Below, in pieces: positions 7,088 through 16,531 of a stretch of DNA of 41,729 nucleotides. Location of the stretch: positions 1 to 41,729 of the IMG/VR virus record IMGVR_UViG_3300037419_000463, one strand, 5' to 3'. This stretch comes from a virus. Taxonomy: Duplodnaviria > Caudoviricetes. Under the pieces are notes generated by a model. The model ran no database searches. It was not told the origin of the DNA and saw only the letters and a list, made by a program, of their open reading frames with translations. Each line of letters begins with the position of its first letter. Within the stretch, counting starts at the first letter, position 1. Both the position numbers and the translations under genes were made by a program.

Positions 7088-8740
7088 GTGCCGTGGAGGC
7101 CGTCCGAGCCGGGCGAGGTCCCCACGCTTGGCTGGGAAGTCATCGACTGGATCACCGAGTACCTGGCGGCGCCCGACCGGGCCGAGTATGAGCCTTTTGT
7201 GCTCTACCCGGAGCAGGAGGACTTCGTCCTTCGGTTCTACGAGCTCGACCCGATCACCGGGAAGCGTCGTCGCCGCCGTGGCGTGATCTCCCGCCCTCGC
7301 GGGTGGGGCAAGTCGCCATTCTTGGCCGCCCTGGCGTGCGCCGAGGCGCTGGGTCCGGTCGTTTCTGACGGCTGGGACGCAGATGGGCAGCCCGTGGGCA
7401 AGCCGTGGGCCGAGGTGCGCACTCCGCTGGTGCAGATCGCAGCCGTTTCCGAGGATCAGACGAAGAACACGTGGTCTCCGCTGCTCGAAATGCTGTCCAT
7501 GGGGCCGGCGTGCGACGAGTACCCCGGCCTCGAGCCGCTGGACACGTTCGTCAACCTTCCTCGGGGCAAGATCGAGCCAAAGACGTCGAACGCGCGCTCC
7601 ACCAAGGGCAACCGGGCCGTCTTTGCGGTGCTGGATCAGACCGAGGAGTGGGTCAAGTCCAACGGTGGGCTGAACCTGTTTCAGAAGATGAAGAACAACG
7701 CCGCCAAGATCGGCGGGTCCTTCGTTGAGTCCCCCAACGCGTTCATTCCGGGTCAGGGGTCGGTCGCCGAGGAGTCCGCGGCGTTCTGGGCGGCGATCCG
7801 AGAGGGTCGCGCCCGCGATGACAGCCTCTACTACGATCACCGCGAGGCCCCGGGCGAGACGGACCTGACGGATCGGAAGTCGCTGATCCGCGGCCTTCGG
7901 ATCGCGTATGGAGACTCGTCGGCACACCCCAAGGGCTGCGTTATCCACAAGCCTGCGTGTCCCCCGGGGCACGTGGACCTCGACATCCTGGTCTCGACCA
8001 TCTGGGACCCGACGTCGGACGAGCAGGAGTCCCGCTCGGACTTCCTGAACCAGATCACGCACGCCTCGGACTCGTGGATCGCTGGGCCGGACTGGACTGC
8101 TTGCGCGGACCCGTCCAAGGAGGTTGCGGAGCGCGAGGTCGTCACCCTTGGGTTCGACGGCTCCCGTAAGCGCGCCAAGGGCAAGACTGACGCGACTGCG
8201 CTGATCGGCTGCCGCGTCAGTGACGGACATGTCTTCACCATGCAGGTGTGGGAACACCCGGACGGGCAGGACGAGTGGTCCGTGCCGGTCGCTGAGGTTG
8301 AGGCTGAGGTGAAGCGGGCGTTCGCGCGCTACAACGTGGTCGGGTTCTACGCGGACCCGTCGATGTGGGAGACGTACGTGGCCGGCTGGGAGGCTCGCTA
8401 CGGCCGCAAGCTGAAGGTGGGGCCGAAGGCGCACCCGATCGAGTGGTGGACGTCCCGCATCGCCGCGACCGAGCTCGCGTTCGACCAGTTCCGCGAGGCC
8501 ATCGTCTCGGGCGACATGACGCACGACGGGTCCTCCGCACTTGCGCGGCACATGCTCAACGCTCGCCGACGTGAGCGCGGCACGCACATGGTCATCGCCA
8601 AGGAGCACCCGGCGAGCGACAAGAAGATCGACGCCGCCTACGCGGCAACCCTGGCATGGCAGGCGCGGCTCGATGCCGTCGCAAAGGGACTCGGGAAGAC
8701 GAAGCAGAGCAGCGGTCGCGTGATCCTGCTGGACGATTGA
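7088..8740 (+). CDS. terL: Terminase large subunit
   Basis: Walker A RPRGWGKS; nuclease motifs LGFDGS...DATAL and KIDAA. Confidence 0.93.
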   Translation: MPWRPSEPGEVPTLGWEVIDWITEYLAAPDRAEYEPFVLYPEQEDFVLRFYELDPITGKRRRRRGVISRPRGWGKSPFLAALACAEALGPVVSDGWDADGQPVGKPWAEVRTPLVQIAAVSEDQTKNTWSPLLEMLSMGPACDEYPGLEPLDTFVNLPRGKIEPKTSNARSTKGNRAVFAVLDQTEEWVKSNGGLNLFQKMKNNAAKIGGSFVESPNAFIPGQGSVAEESAAFWAAIREGRARDDSLYYDHREAPGETDLTDRKSLIRGLRIAYGDSSAHPKGCVIHKPACPPGHVDLDILVSTIWDPTSDEQESRSDFLNQITHASDSWIAGPDWTACADPSKEVAEREVVTLGFDGSRKRAKGKTDATALIGCRVSDGHVFTMQVWEHPDGQDEWSVPVAEVEAEVKRAFARYNVVGFYADPSMWETYVAGWEARYGRKLKVGPKAHPIEWWTSRIAATELAFDQFREAIVSGDMTHDGSSALARHMLNARRRERGTHMVIAKEHPASDKKIDAAYAATLAWQARLDAVAKGLGKTKQSSGRVILLDD

Positions 8741-8756
8741 CGAGAGGGGCACCATC

Positions 8757-10337
8757 GTGGCCGACGGCGCAGCCCTCTCCCCGATGTTCATGTCTCCCGC
8801 GGCGGTTTACCCGTCGCTGCCGACGTTGAACTTGTCGGAGGAGGAGCAGGGCACGGCTACGTGGCTTGCTCAGCGTTTGTTCTCGGTGCGCCCGTACCTC
8901 GAGCTGCGTGGTTACTACTACGACGGTATGCAGCGGATGCAGGATCTTGGCATCAGCATCCCGCCGCAGCTGAAGGGTTTGCGGACGGTGGTGGGGTGGC
9001 CGGCGATCGGTGTCGATGCGCTGGTGAACCGTTGCATCGTGGAGGGTTTCCGCTACCCGGGTGCCACGGACGTCGATGACGACCTGATGGGCATTTGGCA
9101 GGCGAATGACCTCGACTCCGAGTCCCCGTTGGCGCACCTTGACGCCTTCGTGTACGGGCGCGCGTACGGGATCGTCGGTCCTGGCGATGAGGCGACCGAT
9201 GGTGAGCCTCTGGTGACGTATGAGTCGCCGCTGAACATGATCGCCATGTTCGATGCGCGGCTTCGGCGGGTTTCGTCGGCGCTGCAGATGTACTTGGACA
9301 CGTCGTTCACGTCGGACATGTACGGGCATGAGGTTGCGGCCCTGTACCTGCCGGATCGGACGATCCACATGGCTCGTCAGGCGTCGAATGGGAACGCGCT
9401 GGCTGCTGGGTGGGAGATTTTCGACCGGGACGACCACGGCCTCGGCTTTGTGCCTGTGGCGCGGTTGGCGAACCGTCAGCGGTTGGGGAACCGTGACGGT
9501 CAGTCGGAGATTCGGGCGTCGTGGATGAACACGGTCGACTCTGCGTGCCGGACGCTGCTGGGTATGGAGGTGGGGCGCGAGTTCCACATCGCTCCTCGCC
9601 GGTACGCGCTTGGCGTGACGGAGGAGGCGTTCCAGAACCCCGACGGGTCCGCGAAGTCCGCGTGGGATGCGTACCTGAACAAGGTGTGGATGCTGGAGCG
9701 GGACGAGGACGGGAACCTGCCCACGCTGGGTGAGTTCGCCGGGTCTGACCCGTCTGGGTACACGAAGATCCTTGACACGTACTCGTCGATCATGTCGGGC
9801 GAGATGGGTCTCCCTCCGCACATGCTGGGGATGCACCCGGACGGCAACCCTGCGTCGGCGGATGCGATCCGTTCGGGGTATGAGGAGTTGACGTCGCGCG
9901 CCCGGATGAAGCAGGTCGGGTTCGCTGGCGGGCACGAGGAGCTGATGCGGATCGCTCTGCGCGTCCGTGGCGGTGAGGTGCCTGAGAACGTGCTGCGTCT
10001 GGAGACGGACTGGCGCGACCCGGCCCCGCAGACCATTGCTGGCACGTCGGATGCGATCACGAAGCAGATCGAGTCGGGTGCCATCCCGGCGACGTCGGAT
10101 GTGACGTTGAAGCGTCTCGGGTACTCCCCGGTGGAGCGTCAGCGGCTTGCGGATGACCGTGTGGTTGACCAGGGCCAGTCGATGCTGCAGGAGATCGCGC
10201 ACAGCCTTGACGCGAAGGCGCTGCGGGTCGACACGTCCGTGGTCAAGGATGCCGAGAACCCGTCCGCAGTTGGTGCGGCCACCCCGAACGCGATGCCGAA
10301 GAAGGTGCCGGTCGGTGGCAACGGAAACGCTCGCTGA
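8757..10337 (+). CDS. Portal protein (SPP1 gp6-like)
   Basis: Follows terL; YYDG, VVGWP, YGRAY, G.SEI and NPASADAI motifs. Confidence 0.9.
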   Translation: MADGAALSPMFMSPAAVYPSLPTLNLSEEEQGTATWLAQRLFSVRPYLELRGYYYDGMQRMQDLGISIPPQLKGLRTVVGWPAIGVDALVNRCIVEGFRYPGATDVDDDLMGIWQANDLDSESPLAHLDAFVYGRAYGIVGPGDEATDGEPLVTYESPLNMIAMFDARLRRVSSALQMYLDTSFTSDMYGHEVAALYLPDRTIHMARQASNGNALAAGWEIFDRDDHGLGFVPVARLANRQRLGNRDGQSEIRASWMNTVDSACRTLLGMEVGREFHIAPRRYALGVTEEAFQNPDGSAKSAWDAYLNKVWMLERDEDGNLPTLGEFAGSDPSGYTKILDTYSSIMSGEMGLPPHMLGMHPDGNPASADAIRSGYEELTSRARMKQVGFAGGHEELMRIALRVRGGEVPENVLRLETDWRDPAPQTIAGTSDAITKQIESGAIPATSDVTLKRLGYSPVERQRLADDRVVDQGQSMLQEIAHSLDAKALRVDTSVVKDAENPSAVGAATPNAMPKKVPVGGNGNAR

Positions 10338-11193
10338 GGAACACCAGGCGGGTCAGGAGGCTTTGGTCTCGCTGATCCCGGCTGTGCTGCGTGAGGCGTG
10401 GCCGCTGCTGGACGTGCACAACATCAAGGGCACGATGCCGCAGTTCCTTGCGGCGGTGAAGGCGATTGTGGCCCGGTACGGGTCGGCGTCGGCTGCGGGT
10501 GCGTTGGACTACTACCGGCGTGAGCGGTTGGCGGCCGGCGTGAAGACCGCGACGCCGACGCTGCGGATCGCTCCGGGGCCGGCTGATGACGTGATTGAGA
10601 AGGCGATCGGGTGGGCGACGTCGGACTTGTATGGCCCGGTGACGCCCGAGTCGGTTGCGGCGGCTCAGTCGAAGGTCGACGAGGCCGTTTCGCAGCTCGT
10701 GCTGGACCGTGGTCGCGACACCATCATCGCCAACGCCCTGAACGACAAGGCGGCGAAGGGTTGGGCTCGGGTCACGGAGCAGGGCGCGTGTTCGTTCTGC
10801 ATCATGCTTGCCCTGCGCGCGGGTGCCGGGTTCCTGTACAAGTCGGAGCGGTCGGCGGATTTCAGTGCGCACGACAACTGCCGGTGTCATGCCGAGCCGG
10901 TGTTCACGCAGTACGAGCCGTCGTACCGGATGCGGCAGATGCAGGCGCTGTGGACGGATGCGACGCGCGGCAGGAGCGGCCATGACGCTCGCGTGGCGTT
11001 CCGACAGGCCGTCGAGGGTCGCCCCGTGACCGGGTCGAAGGACGGTGGCCCCAAGGGTGCCGCGAAGGGCCTACACGGGCTCACGAAGGCCCAAGTTCAG
11101 CACCAGATCGCCCTCACTGAAGGGCTCAAAGACTCTCCGTGGCGCACGCAGCAACTCGCGCGCTTGCGGAAGGCGCTTCGCACCGCGAAGTAG
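10315..11193 (+). CDS. MuF-like minor head / capsid maturation protein
   Basis: GWARV...ACSFCIMLA...HDNCRC motif; between portal and scaffold; GTG start at 10315. Confidence 0.8.
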   Translation: MATETLAEEHQAGQEALVSLIPAVLREAWPLLDVHNIKGTMPQFLAAVKAIVARYGSASAAGALDYYRRERLAAGVKTATPTLRIAPGPADDVIEKAIGWATSDLYGPVTPESVAAAQSKVDEAVSQLVLDRGRDTIIANALNDKAAKGWARVTEQGACSFCIMLALRAGAGFLYKSERSADFSAHDNCRCHAEPVFTQYEPSYRMRQMQALWTDATRGRSGHDARVAFRQAVEGRPVTGSKDGGPKGAAKGLHGLTKAQVQHQIALTEGLKDSPWRTQQLARLRKALRTAK

Positions 11194-11244
11194 CAGACAG
11201 ACCCGCCCTGGTGGCGGTTTCTCACGCCCCAGGAGGGCTTCAGC

Positions 11245-11910
11245 ATGTCCGAGCAGCCGATTACCCCTGCCACCGAGGCGACTACTCCCGCCGCGGAAGC
11301 ACCCAAGCCGACGGAGCCCACTGCAGTGGCCCCGGAGCCGAAGTCCGAGCCCAAGCCGAACGTCTGGGAAGACCCCGACGCCGCCAAGGCCGAGATCGAG
11401 CGCCTGCGCAAGGAGAATGGTGCCGCGCGCACCAGCGCCAAGCAGCAGGCCGCCGACGAGGCCCGCAAGGAGCTCGCACAGACGATCGGCAAGGCACTCG
11501 GGCTCGTCGCAGACGAGCCGGTCGACCCGCAGGAACTCACCCAGCAGTTGACGGCCTCTCAGCAGGCCGCCAAGGCCGCCCAGGTCGAGCTCGCCGTGTT
11601 CCGTGCCGCCGCAAGCACGGACGCCGACGCGTCAGCACTGCTGGACTCCCGCGCCTTCCTGGCGAAGGTCGCGGAACTCGACCCCAGCGACTCGGCAGCC
11701 ATTGCGGCAGCCATCGCGGAGTCGGTTGCAGCCAATCCGCGCCTCGGGAAGGCGCCGGTAACCCCGGGCATGAAGCCCAACCCCGCGCAGGGCCGTTCGG
11801 CGTCGCCGCCGGCCACCGTCGCGGAGCAGATCGCAGCAGCGCAGGCAGCCGGCGACACCCGCACCGTCATGCGGCTCAAGGCAGCTCAGGCGATCGAAAA
11901 CCAGACCTAG
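11245..11910 (+). CDS. Scaffolding protein
   Basis: Pro/Glu-rich N-terminus, LRKENG.R coiled coil; precedes the capsid gene. Confidence 0.85.
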   Translation: MSEQPITPATEATTPAAEAPKPTEPTAVAPEPKSEPKPNVWEDPDAAKAEIERLRKENGAARTSAKQQAADEARKELAQTIGKALGLVADEPVDPQELTQQLTASQQAAKAAQVELAVFRAAASTDADASALLDSRAFLAKVAELDPSDSAAIAAAIAESVAANPRLGKAPVTPGMKPNPAQGRSASPPATVAEQIAAAQAAGDTRTVMRLKAAQAIENQT

Positions 11911-11947
11911 AGGCACACGCCTCCAACCCCGAAAGTGAGGGCCAGAC

Positions 11948-12907
11948 ATGGCCGCAGTTTCCGGGCAGGGAACCACGTTCAACCTGCCCAACTACCACGG
12001 CGAGCTGTTCACCGTGACCCCGACCGAGACGCCGTTCCTGTCCGCCATCGGCGGCCTCGGTGGCGCCAAGACCGCGCACGCGATCGACTTCGAGTGGCAG
12101 ACCATCGACCGTCGGTCCTCGACGGCGAACAACGCCGCCCTTGAGGGTGCCGCCGCCCCGACCGCTGGTGAGCGTTCCCGCACGCAAGTCAAGAACTGCG
12201 TCGAGATCCACCACAGCGCGATCGAGATCAGCTACTCCAAGATGGGCGCCACCCAGAACTACGCGGGCGTCAACGTCGGCCCGCAGTGGGATGACTTCAT
12301 GGTCAACGAGCTTGCCCTGCAGACGCAGGCTGAGCTTGAGTCCATCGCGGTTGACGTGGAGAAGTCGTTCCTGTCGGGCACCTACGCCCGCCCGGCGAAC
12401 AACTCGACCGTCCGCACCACCCAGGGTGTCCTCGGTGCGGCTGGCACCGTGTCCGCCAACGGTGGTACGAACCGCGCGCTGACCACCAGCATCCTCAACG
12501 CGCACATCCAGGCCATGTTCGACGCGGGCGCCAAGCTGCCCGAGGCGTCGACCGTGTTCATCGTGGGCTCGGCCCAGAACACGAACCTGACCAGCGTGTA
12601 CGCCGCGGCGTCGACCCTGTCAGCCCCGGTTCGTGACCGCAACATCGCGGGCATGAACATCAACACGGTCGTGACCCCGTTCGGCACCTTCGGTGTCCTC
12701 GTGGACCGCTGGATGCCGGCGAACCAGATCGCGGTCGTGGACCTCAGCGTCTGCTACCCGGTGTTCCTCGAGATCCCGGGCAAGGGCCTGCTGTTCACCG
12801 AGGAGCTGTCGCGCACGGGTTCGTCCCGCAAGTTCCAGCTGTACGGCGAGGTTGGCCTGGAGTACGGCGCCCCGGTGGCGCACGGCCTCCTGAAGGACCT
12901 CACCTGA
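11948..12907 (+). CDS. Major capsid protein
   Basis: TPFLS...FEW...EG motif and C-terminal GEVGLEYG; strong codon bias; position. Confidence 0.9.
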   Translation: MAAVSGQGTTFNLPNYHGELFTVTPTETPFLSAIGGLGGAKTAHAIDFEWQTIDRRSSTANNAALEGAAAPTAGERSRTQVKNCVEIHHSAIEISYSKMGATQNYAGVNVGPQWDDFMVNELALQTQAELESIAVDVEKSFLSGTYARPANNSTVRTTQGVLGAAGTVSANGGTNRALTTSILNAHIQAMFDAGAKLPEASTVFIVGSAQNTNLTSVYAAASTLSAPVRDRNIAGMNINTVVTPFGTFGVLVDRWMPANQIAVVDLSVCYPVFLEIPGKGLLFTEELSRTGSSRKFQLYGEVGLEYGAPVAHGLLKDLT

Positions 12908-12925
12908 TCCACCCCCTGAGTTGAA

Positions 12926-12960
12926 CCCACCCGGCGCTCCTTGACGGGGCGCCGGGTGGG
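12926..12960 (+). terminator. Stem-loop after the capsid gene
   Basis: CCCACCCGGCGCTCC / GGGGCGCCGGGTGGG; no T-tract. Confidence 0.55.
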
Positions 12961-12982
12961 ACAGCCAAACGAAGGAGACGCA

Positions 12983-13207
12983 ATGCCCAAGTTCCGTGGA
13001 CCCGTCAACCTGCACCTCGGCTTCGACGACAAGACGAACCAGCCCGAGGTGTCGTCCGAGTACGACGCCAACGGCCGCAACTACGTCGTCCGTCTCGCCG
13101 CTGCTGCGAAGAAGAAGTGGCAGGCGGCGCTGGAGGAGCACGGCTTCTCCGAGGAGAAGGGCGACGACGCCAAGTCTGACGACAAGGCTGACAGCACCGA
13201 GGAGTAA
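12983..13207 (+). CDS. Small acidic virion-associated hypothetical protein
   Basis: GAAGGAG RBS; between capsid and adaptor. Confidence 0.7.
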   Translation: MPKFRGPVNLHLGFDDKTNQPEVSSEYDANGRNYVVRLAAAAKKKWQAALEEHGFSEEKGDDAKSDDKADSTEE

Positions 13208-13209
13208 GC

Positions 13210-13938
13210 ATGTCGAACCCCGTCGCCACTCCGACCGACCTCGAGTTGTATCTGGGGCTTGCGGCGGGGAGCATCGACACCGACCGGGCTGAACTGATCC
13301 TTTCCCTCGCGCAGGCGAAGTGTGAGCGGATCACCAGCCCCCTGTCTTCGGCCGCTCAGGACATCGTCCTCGAGGTGGCCGCGCGCGCGTACAACAACGT
13401 CACGTCGGCTCACCAGGCGGGCATCGGTTCCGCTCAGGTGTCGTACGGGTCGCCGAACTCCTCCGTGGGTATCGGTGGGCTGTACCTGTCGAAGGCGAAC
13501 AAGGCCGAGCTTCGGCTGATCGCTGGTCGCGGGTCTGCGTTCTCGCACGACACGATGCCGACCGGTGTCAACGCGGTCCAGTCCGTGACCGTGTCCGCGT
13601 CGAGTGGCACGTTCACCCTGACGTTCTCCGGTGCGACCACCTCCGCGCTTGCGTACAACGCGACCGCGGCGCAGGTGCAGACCGCGCTCGCCGCCCTGGC
13701 CCCGATCGGTGCCGGGAACGTGTCCGTGACGGGTGCGTACTCAGTGGAGTTCACGAACCGTCTTGGGCTGTGGCCGATGCCGCTGCTCACCGCAGACGGT
13801 TCGGGCCTCGCTGGTGGCACGGTGTCCGTGCAGACGACGACCGAGGGTGTTGCCGCGCCCGGGTCGAACCTGCCGCCGTGGGATAACGACTACTCGCGTG
13901 ACAACCGGTTCCCGACGTCGCAGTTCTACGGGTACTGA
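13210..13938 (+). CDS. Head-to-tail adaptor with C-terminal accessory domain
   Basis: N-terminal AT..DL...A..AYNN...GLYL adaptor pattern; extra GTFTLTFSG.TT.ALAYNATAAQVQ.AL domain. Confidence 0.8.
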   Translation: MSNPVATPTDLELYLGLAAGSIDTDRAELILSLAQAKCERITSPLSSAAQDIVLEVAARAYNNVTSAHQAGIGSAQVSYGSPNSSVGIGGLYLSKANKAELRLIAGRGSAFSHDTMPTGVNAVQSVTVSASSGTFTLTFSGATTSALAYNATAAQVQTALAALAPIGAGNVSVTGAYSVEFTNRLGLWPMPLLTADGSGLAGGTVSVQTTTEGVAAPGSNLPPWDNDYSRDNRFPTSQFYGY

Positions 13939-13940
13939 CC

Positions 13941-14258
13941 ATGGATATCTCCATGTTCTACGTCCACTCGGCGACCGTGGAGACGTTCCTCGGCGCTGGC
14001 CCGACCGGCGACCTGTACGCCGCACCCGTGACCGTCAAGGGCTTCCTTGACGACGGGGTGCAGCGGGCGGTGGGTCCGGGTGGGGCTGAGGTGCAGTCTG
14101 CGCAGACGAAGTGGTACTGCTACCTTTCCGAGGCGTGGCGGTTCGTCCCCGAGTCGCGGGTGACGGTGAACGGTCGAGCGACGCAGGTCAACTACGTGCG
14201 CCGACGTGACGCCGATGCGTTCGACGGGCCAAGTCATTGCGAGGTCGACCTCCGGTGA
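13941..14258 (+). CDS. Head-to-tail stopper
   Basis: Size and position; G..GD.Y...PESRVTVNG...H.EV.L pattern. Confidence 0.7.
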   Translation: MDISMFYVHSATVETFLGAGPTGDLYAAPVTVKGFLDDGVQRAVGPGGAEVQSAQTKWYCYLSEAWRFVPESRVTVNGRATQVNYVRRRDADAFDGPSHCEVDLR

Positions 14259-14605
14259 TCCGGTGGGAGAACAGCCTCAGCGCGGGGCTGGAACGCATGG
14301 CAGCCGCAGCGAACGACCTGTCGCAGGACGCCCGTCAAGGTGCCGAGGTCATCCTTGAGGACGCCCTCGTGCGCGTCCCGAAGGAGTCCGGCGACCTTGC
14401 CGCGTCGGGCATGGTGCAGGAGTGGCGCGGCGGCAAGAACACGTCGGCGATCATCTTCGACAGTGTTTACGCCAGGTACATACATGAGCACCTTCACTTC
14501 AAGCACCCGCACGGCGGACAAAGCAAGTACCTAGAGACGGCCATGCTCGTCAAGGGCGAGGAAGCCGTCAACAAGGCCGGCGAACACTTCTGGGAGCGCC
14601 TGTGA
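14255..14605 (+). CDS. Neck protein (HK97 gp10-like)
   Basis: VP.ESG.L..S...YA.Y.HE...KYLE motif. Confidence 0.75.
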   Translation: MIRWENSLSAGLERMAAAANDLSQDARQGAEVILEDALVRVPKESGDLAASGMVQEWRGGKNTSAIIFDSVYARYIHEHLHFKHPHGGQSKYLETAMLVKGEEAVNKAGEHFWERL

Positions 14606-15042
14606 GCACGTGGGAATCTGACCTGCTCGTCGGCATCGCCGGGTACCTGTCGCAGCAGTCGGTGGGCATCTACAACCCGGCCGGTTACCAGGCGACGGAC
14701 ACGGCGATCGTGTTCGGCGACTTGCCTTCCACGCCGAATCGCTGCATTGGCCTCACCCTGTACTCGGCGCAGGACCACCCGACGCAGAACCTGTCGACGG
14801 TTCGGCTGCAGCTGATGTTCCGTGGGGATGCGAACAACTCCCTCGACGTGGGCGACCTTGCAACGCAGGCGTTTGCGGCGTTGCAGGGCATCACAGACCG
14901 GGACTACGGCACGGCGCACCTGATCCAGTGTGGGCGCGTGTCGGCGGTCCCTCTTGGCATTGACGACCTGAAGCGGTCGACGCGTGCCGACAACTACCAG
15001 ATCGACGTGAACACCCCGTACACGGCCGGTCGCACCCTCTAG
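14602..15042 (+). CDS. Tail terminator
   Basis: Position; P..P...I.L..Y...QL..RG...PLG.D...R...NY pattern. Confidence 0.75.
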   Translation: MSTWESDLLVGIAGYLSQQSVGIYNPAGYQATDTAIVFGDLPSTPNRCIGLTLYSAQDHPTQNLSTVRLQLMFRGDANNSLDVGDLATQAFAALQGITDRDYGTAHLIQCGRVSAVPLGIDDLKRSTRADNYQIDVNTPYTAGRTL

Positions 15043-15188
15043 GGCCGCTTGACGTATCCGGCGAGGTAGGCGCGGAGGACGGCGCCGAGGTTGGTGCCCT
15101 TGGAGCGGGCCTTGACCTGTGCGGCCTTCCACAGCGCGGCGTCACACCGGAACGACTGCAGCGGCGTCGCGGGCTTGTTCGGGCTCAA
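15039..15188 (-). CDS. Ribbon-helix-helix DNA-binding protein 1 (MSPNKPATPLQSFRCDAALWKAAQVKARSKGTNLGAVLRAYLAGYVKRP); not in the ORF track
   Basis: Translated by hand; TTG start overlaps the upstream TGA; strand-helix-G-helix RHH pattern. Confidence 0.75.
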   Translation of the reverse strand: MSPNKPATPLQSFRCDAALWKAAQVKARSKGTNLGAVLRAYLAGYVKRP

Positions 15189-15346
15189 TGGGGGTATCGC
15201 TTCCACGAGCGAGCCAGTGCACGACGGCCTTCACGATTGTCTGGATACTCGGGCGAACCGAGCGGGTGGCCTTCACGCGAGTGGGTGCGGCGGTACTCCT
15301 CGATCGACTCGCGCTCCGCCTGGGCCTTGTGGTCCGCGTCAGCCAC
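15185..15346 (-). CDS. Hypothetical 53-aa protein (MADADHKAQAERE...)
   Basis: AAGGAGG RBS; overlaps both neighbours in the leftward cassette. Confidence 0.6.
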   Translation of the reverse strand: MADADHKAQAERESIEEYRRTHSREGHPLGSPEYPDNREGRRALARSWKRYPH

Positions 15347-15626
15347 GGCTGTCCTCCTTGAGGGCGGCACGAACATCGTGGGCCGCCGCGGCGAGTGCCG
15401 CCGCGATCACCCTCTCACGTCCGGTGATGTGCTTGTCCACGGCGCGGTCGTAGCGCGCCTCCCACAGGTCGGCCAGCATCTCGACCGCCTGGATTCGCCC
15501 CTCCGCCCGTCCGATGCGGCGCTCCTCCTCCGCGATGGATTCGTCGAGGTGAGCTTGGCACGGCCCGAGGGTGGCCTGCGGCTCGTCGCAGTAGCCAACC
15601 ATGCAGACATCTCGTTCATTCGTCAT
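15339..15626 (-). CDS. Hypothetical protein with N-terminal Cys/His motif (MTNERDVCMVGYC...)
   Basis: Leaderless-type ATG 6 nt after a TATGAT -10 box. Confidence 0.65.
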   Translation of the reverse strand: MTNERDVCMVGYCDEPQATLGPCQAHLDESIAEEERRIGRAEGRIQAVEMLADLWEARYDRAVDKHITGRERVIAAALAAAAHDVRAALKEDSRG

Positions 15627-15665
15627 AACACCATCATACCTCCGGTGTCGTAACACCGGGCAAGT
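15627..15665 (-). promoter_or_regulatory. Leftward promoter with palindromic operator
   Basis: Minus strand reads TTGCCC-19-TATGAT-6-ATG; CCGGTGT-N4-ACACCGG palindrome at 15642-15659. Confidence 0.6.
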
Positions 15666-15733
15666 TTCACAGCCACCCAGCCCCCTCGCGTCCGTGACGG
15701 GGAACCTCATCACGCCCAAGGAGGGCACCCCCT

Positions 15734-16444
15734 ATGCCTGCAGTCAACCTGCTCGCGCGCGGATATCGCCTCGAGGTGTCCGCCGACGGCGCCACCAACT
15801 GGCTCAAGCTCGGCGGTCTGAACGACCTGAGCGACCAGATCAGCCCCAACAAGGTCGACTCGTCCAACTACGACTCGAACGGCTGGGCCGCCTCGGAGAT
15901 CACCCTGCAGTCGTGGTCGGTGACGGCGAAGTACAACCGCCAGGCGACGTCCGGCACGGTCGACCCCGCCTCGGACCTCCTGCGCGCTGCTCGTGGCCAG
16001 TTCGGTGACGCGGCTCGCGTGTACGTGCGCTGGTACTCCACCACCCTGACCTCGGAGACCGGTTGGCAGGGTCGCGCGATCGTCGAGGTGAACAAGTCCA
16101 AGACGGGTGTCGCGGACCTGAACGAGTTCACCGTCACCCTGACCGGCGACGGCGCCCTGACCTCGATCGCCAACCCGTACGCCCCGGCCTCGGTCCCGGT
16201 CATCACGTCCGCGACGCCTTCCGGTGCCGCGACGGGTGCTCAGGTCACGATCGTTGGCCAGAACTTCACAGGCACGGTCGCCACGACCGGCGTCAAGTTC
16301 GGTGCGACGAACGCGACCTCTTGGGTCGTCCTCGGCGACACCACGATCGTCGCGGTTGTGCCTTCGGGTACCGCGGGTGCGGCGAACATCGTCGTCACCA
16401 ACGCGACCGGCGCTTCGACCGCGTTCTCCTACACGCGGTCCTGA
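15734..16444 (+). CDS. Major tail (tube) protein with C-terminal IPT/TIG Ig-like domain
   Basis: Tube motifs D.S.YDS.GW and F.VTLTG.G; C-terminal P.ITS..P..G..G..VTI.G.NF...V.FG. Confidence 0.88.
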   Translation: MPAVNLLARGYRLEVSADGATNWLKLGGLNDLSDQISPNKVDSSNYDSNGWAASEITLQSWSVTAKYNRQATSGTVDPASDLLRAARGQFGDAARVYVRWYSTTLTSETGWQGRAIVEVNKSKTGVADLNEFTVTLTGDGALTSIANPYAPASVPVITSATPSGAATGAQVTIVGQNFTGTVATTGVKFGATNATSWVVLGDTTIVAVVPSGTAGAANIVVTNATGASTAFSYTRS

Positions 16445-16460
16445 TAGTCGCCCACTGAAC

Positions 16461-16495
16461 GTGGGGGCGTGGATTGGCTGTGTCCACGCCCCCAC
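16461..16495 (+). terminator. Stem-loop after the major tail gene
   Basis: GTGGGGGCGTGGA / TCCACGCCCCCAC. Confidence 0.55.
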
Positions 16496-16531
16496 CCACA
16501 GCCTCAGCAGCCAACAGACAGGAGCACAGCC

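Noticed and set aside
6299-10202. Long minus-strand ORFs (830 aa and 536 aa), and similar ones at 15710-16903, 18103-19473 and 35967-37115
   Set aside because: Antisense shadows of well-supported high-GC genes; no motifs or RBS.
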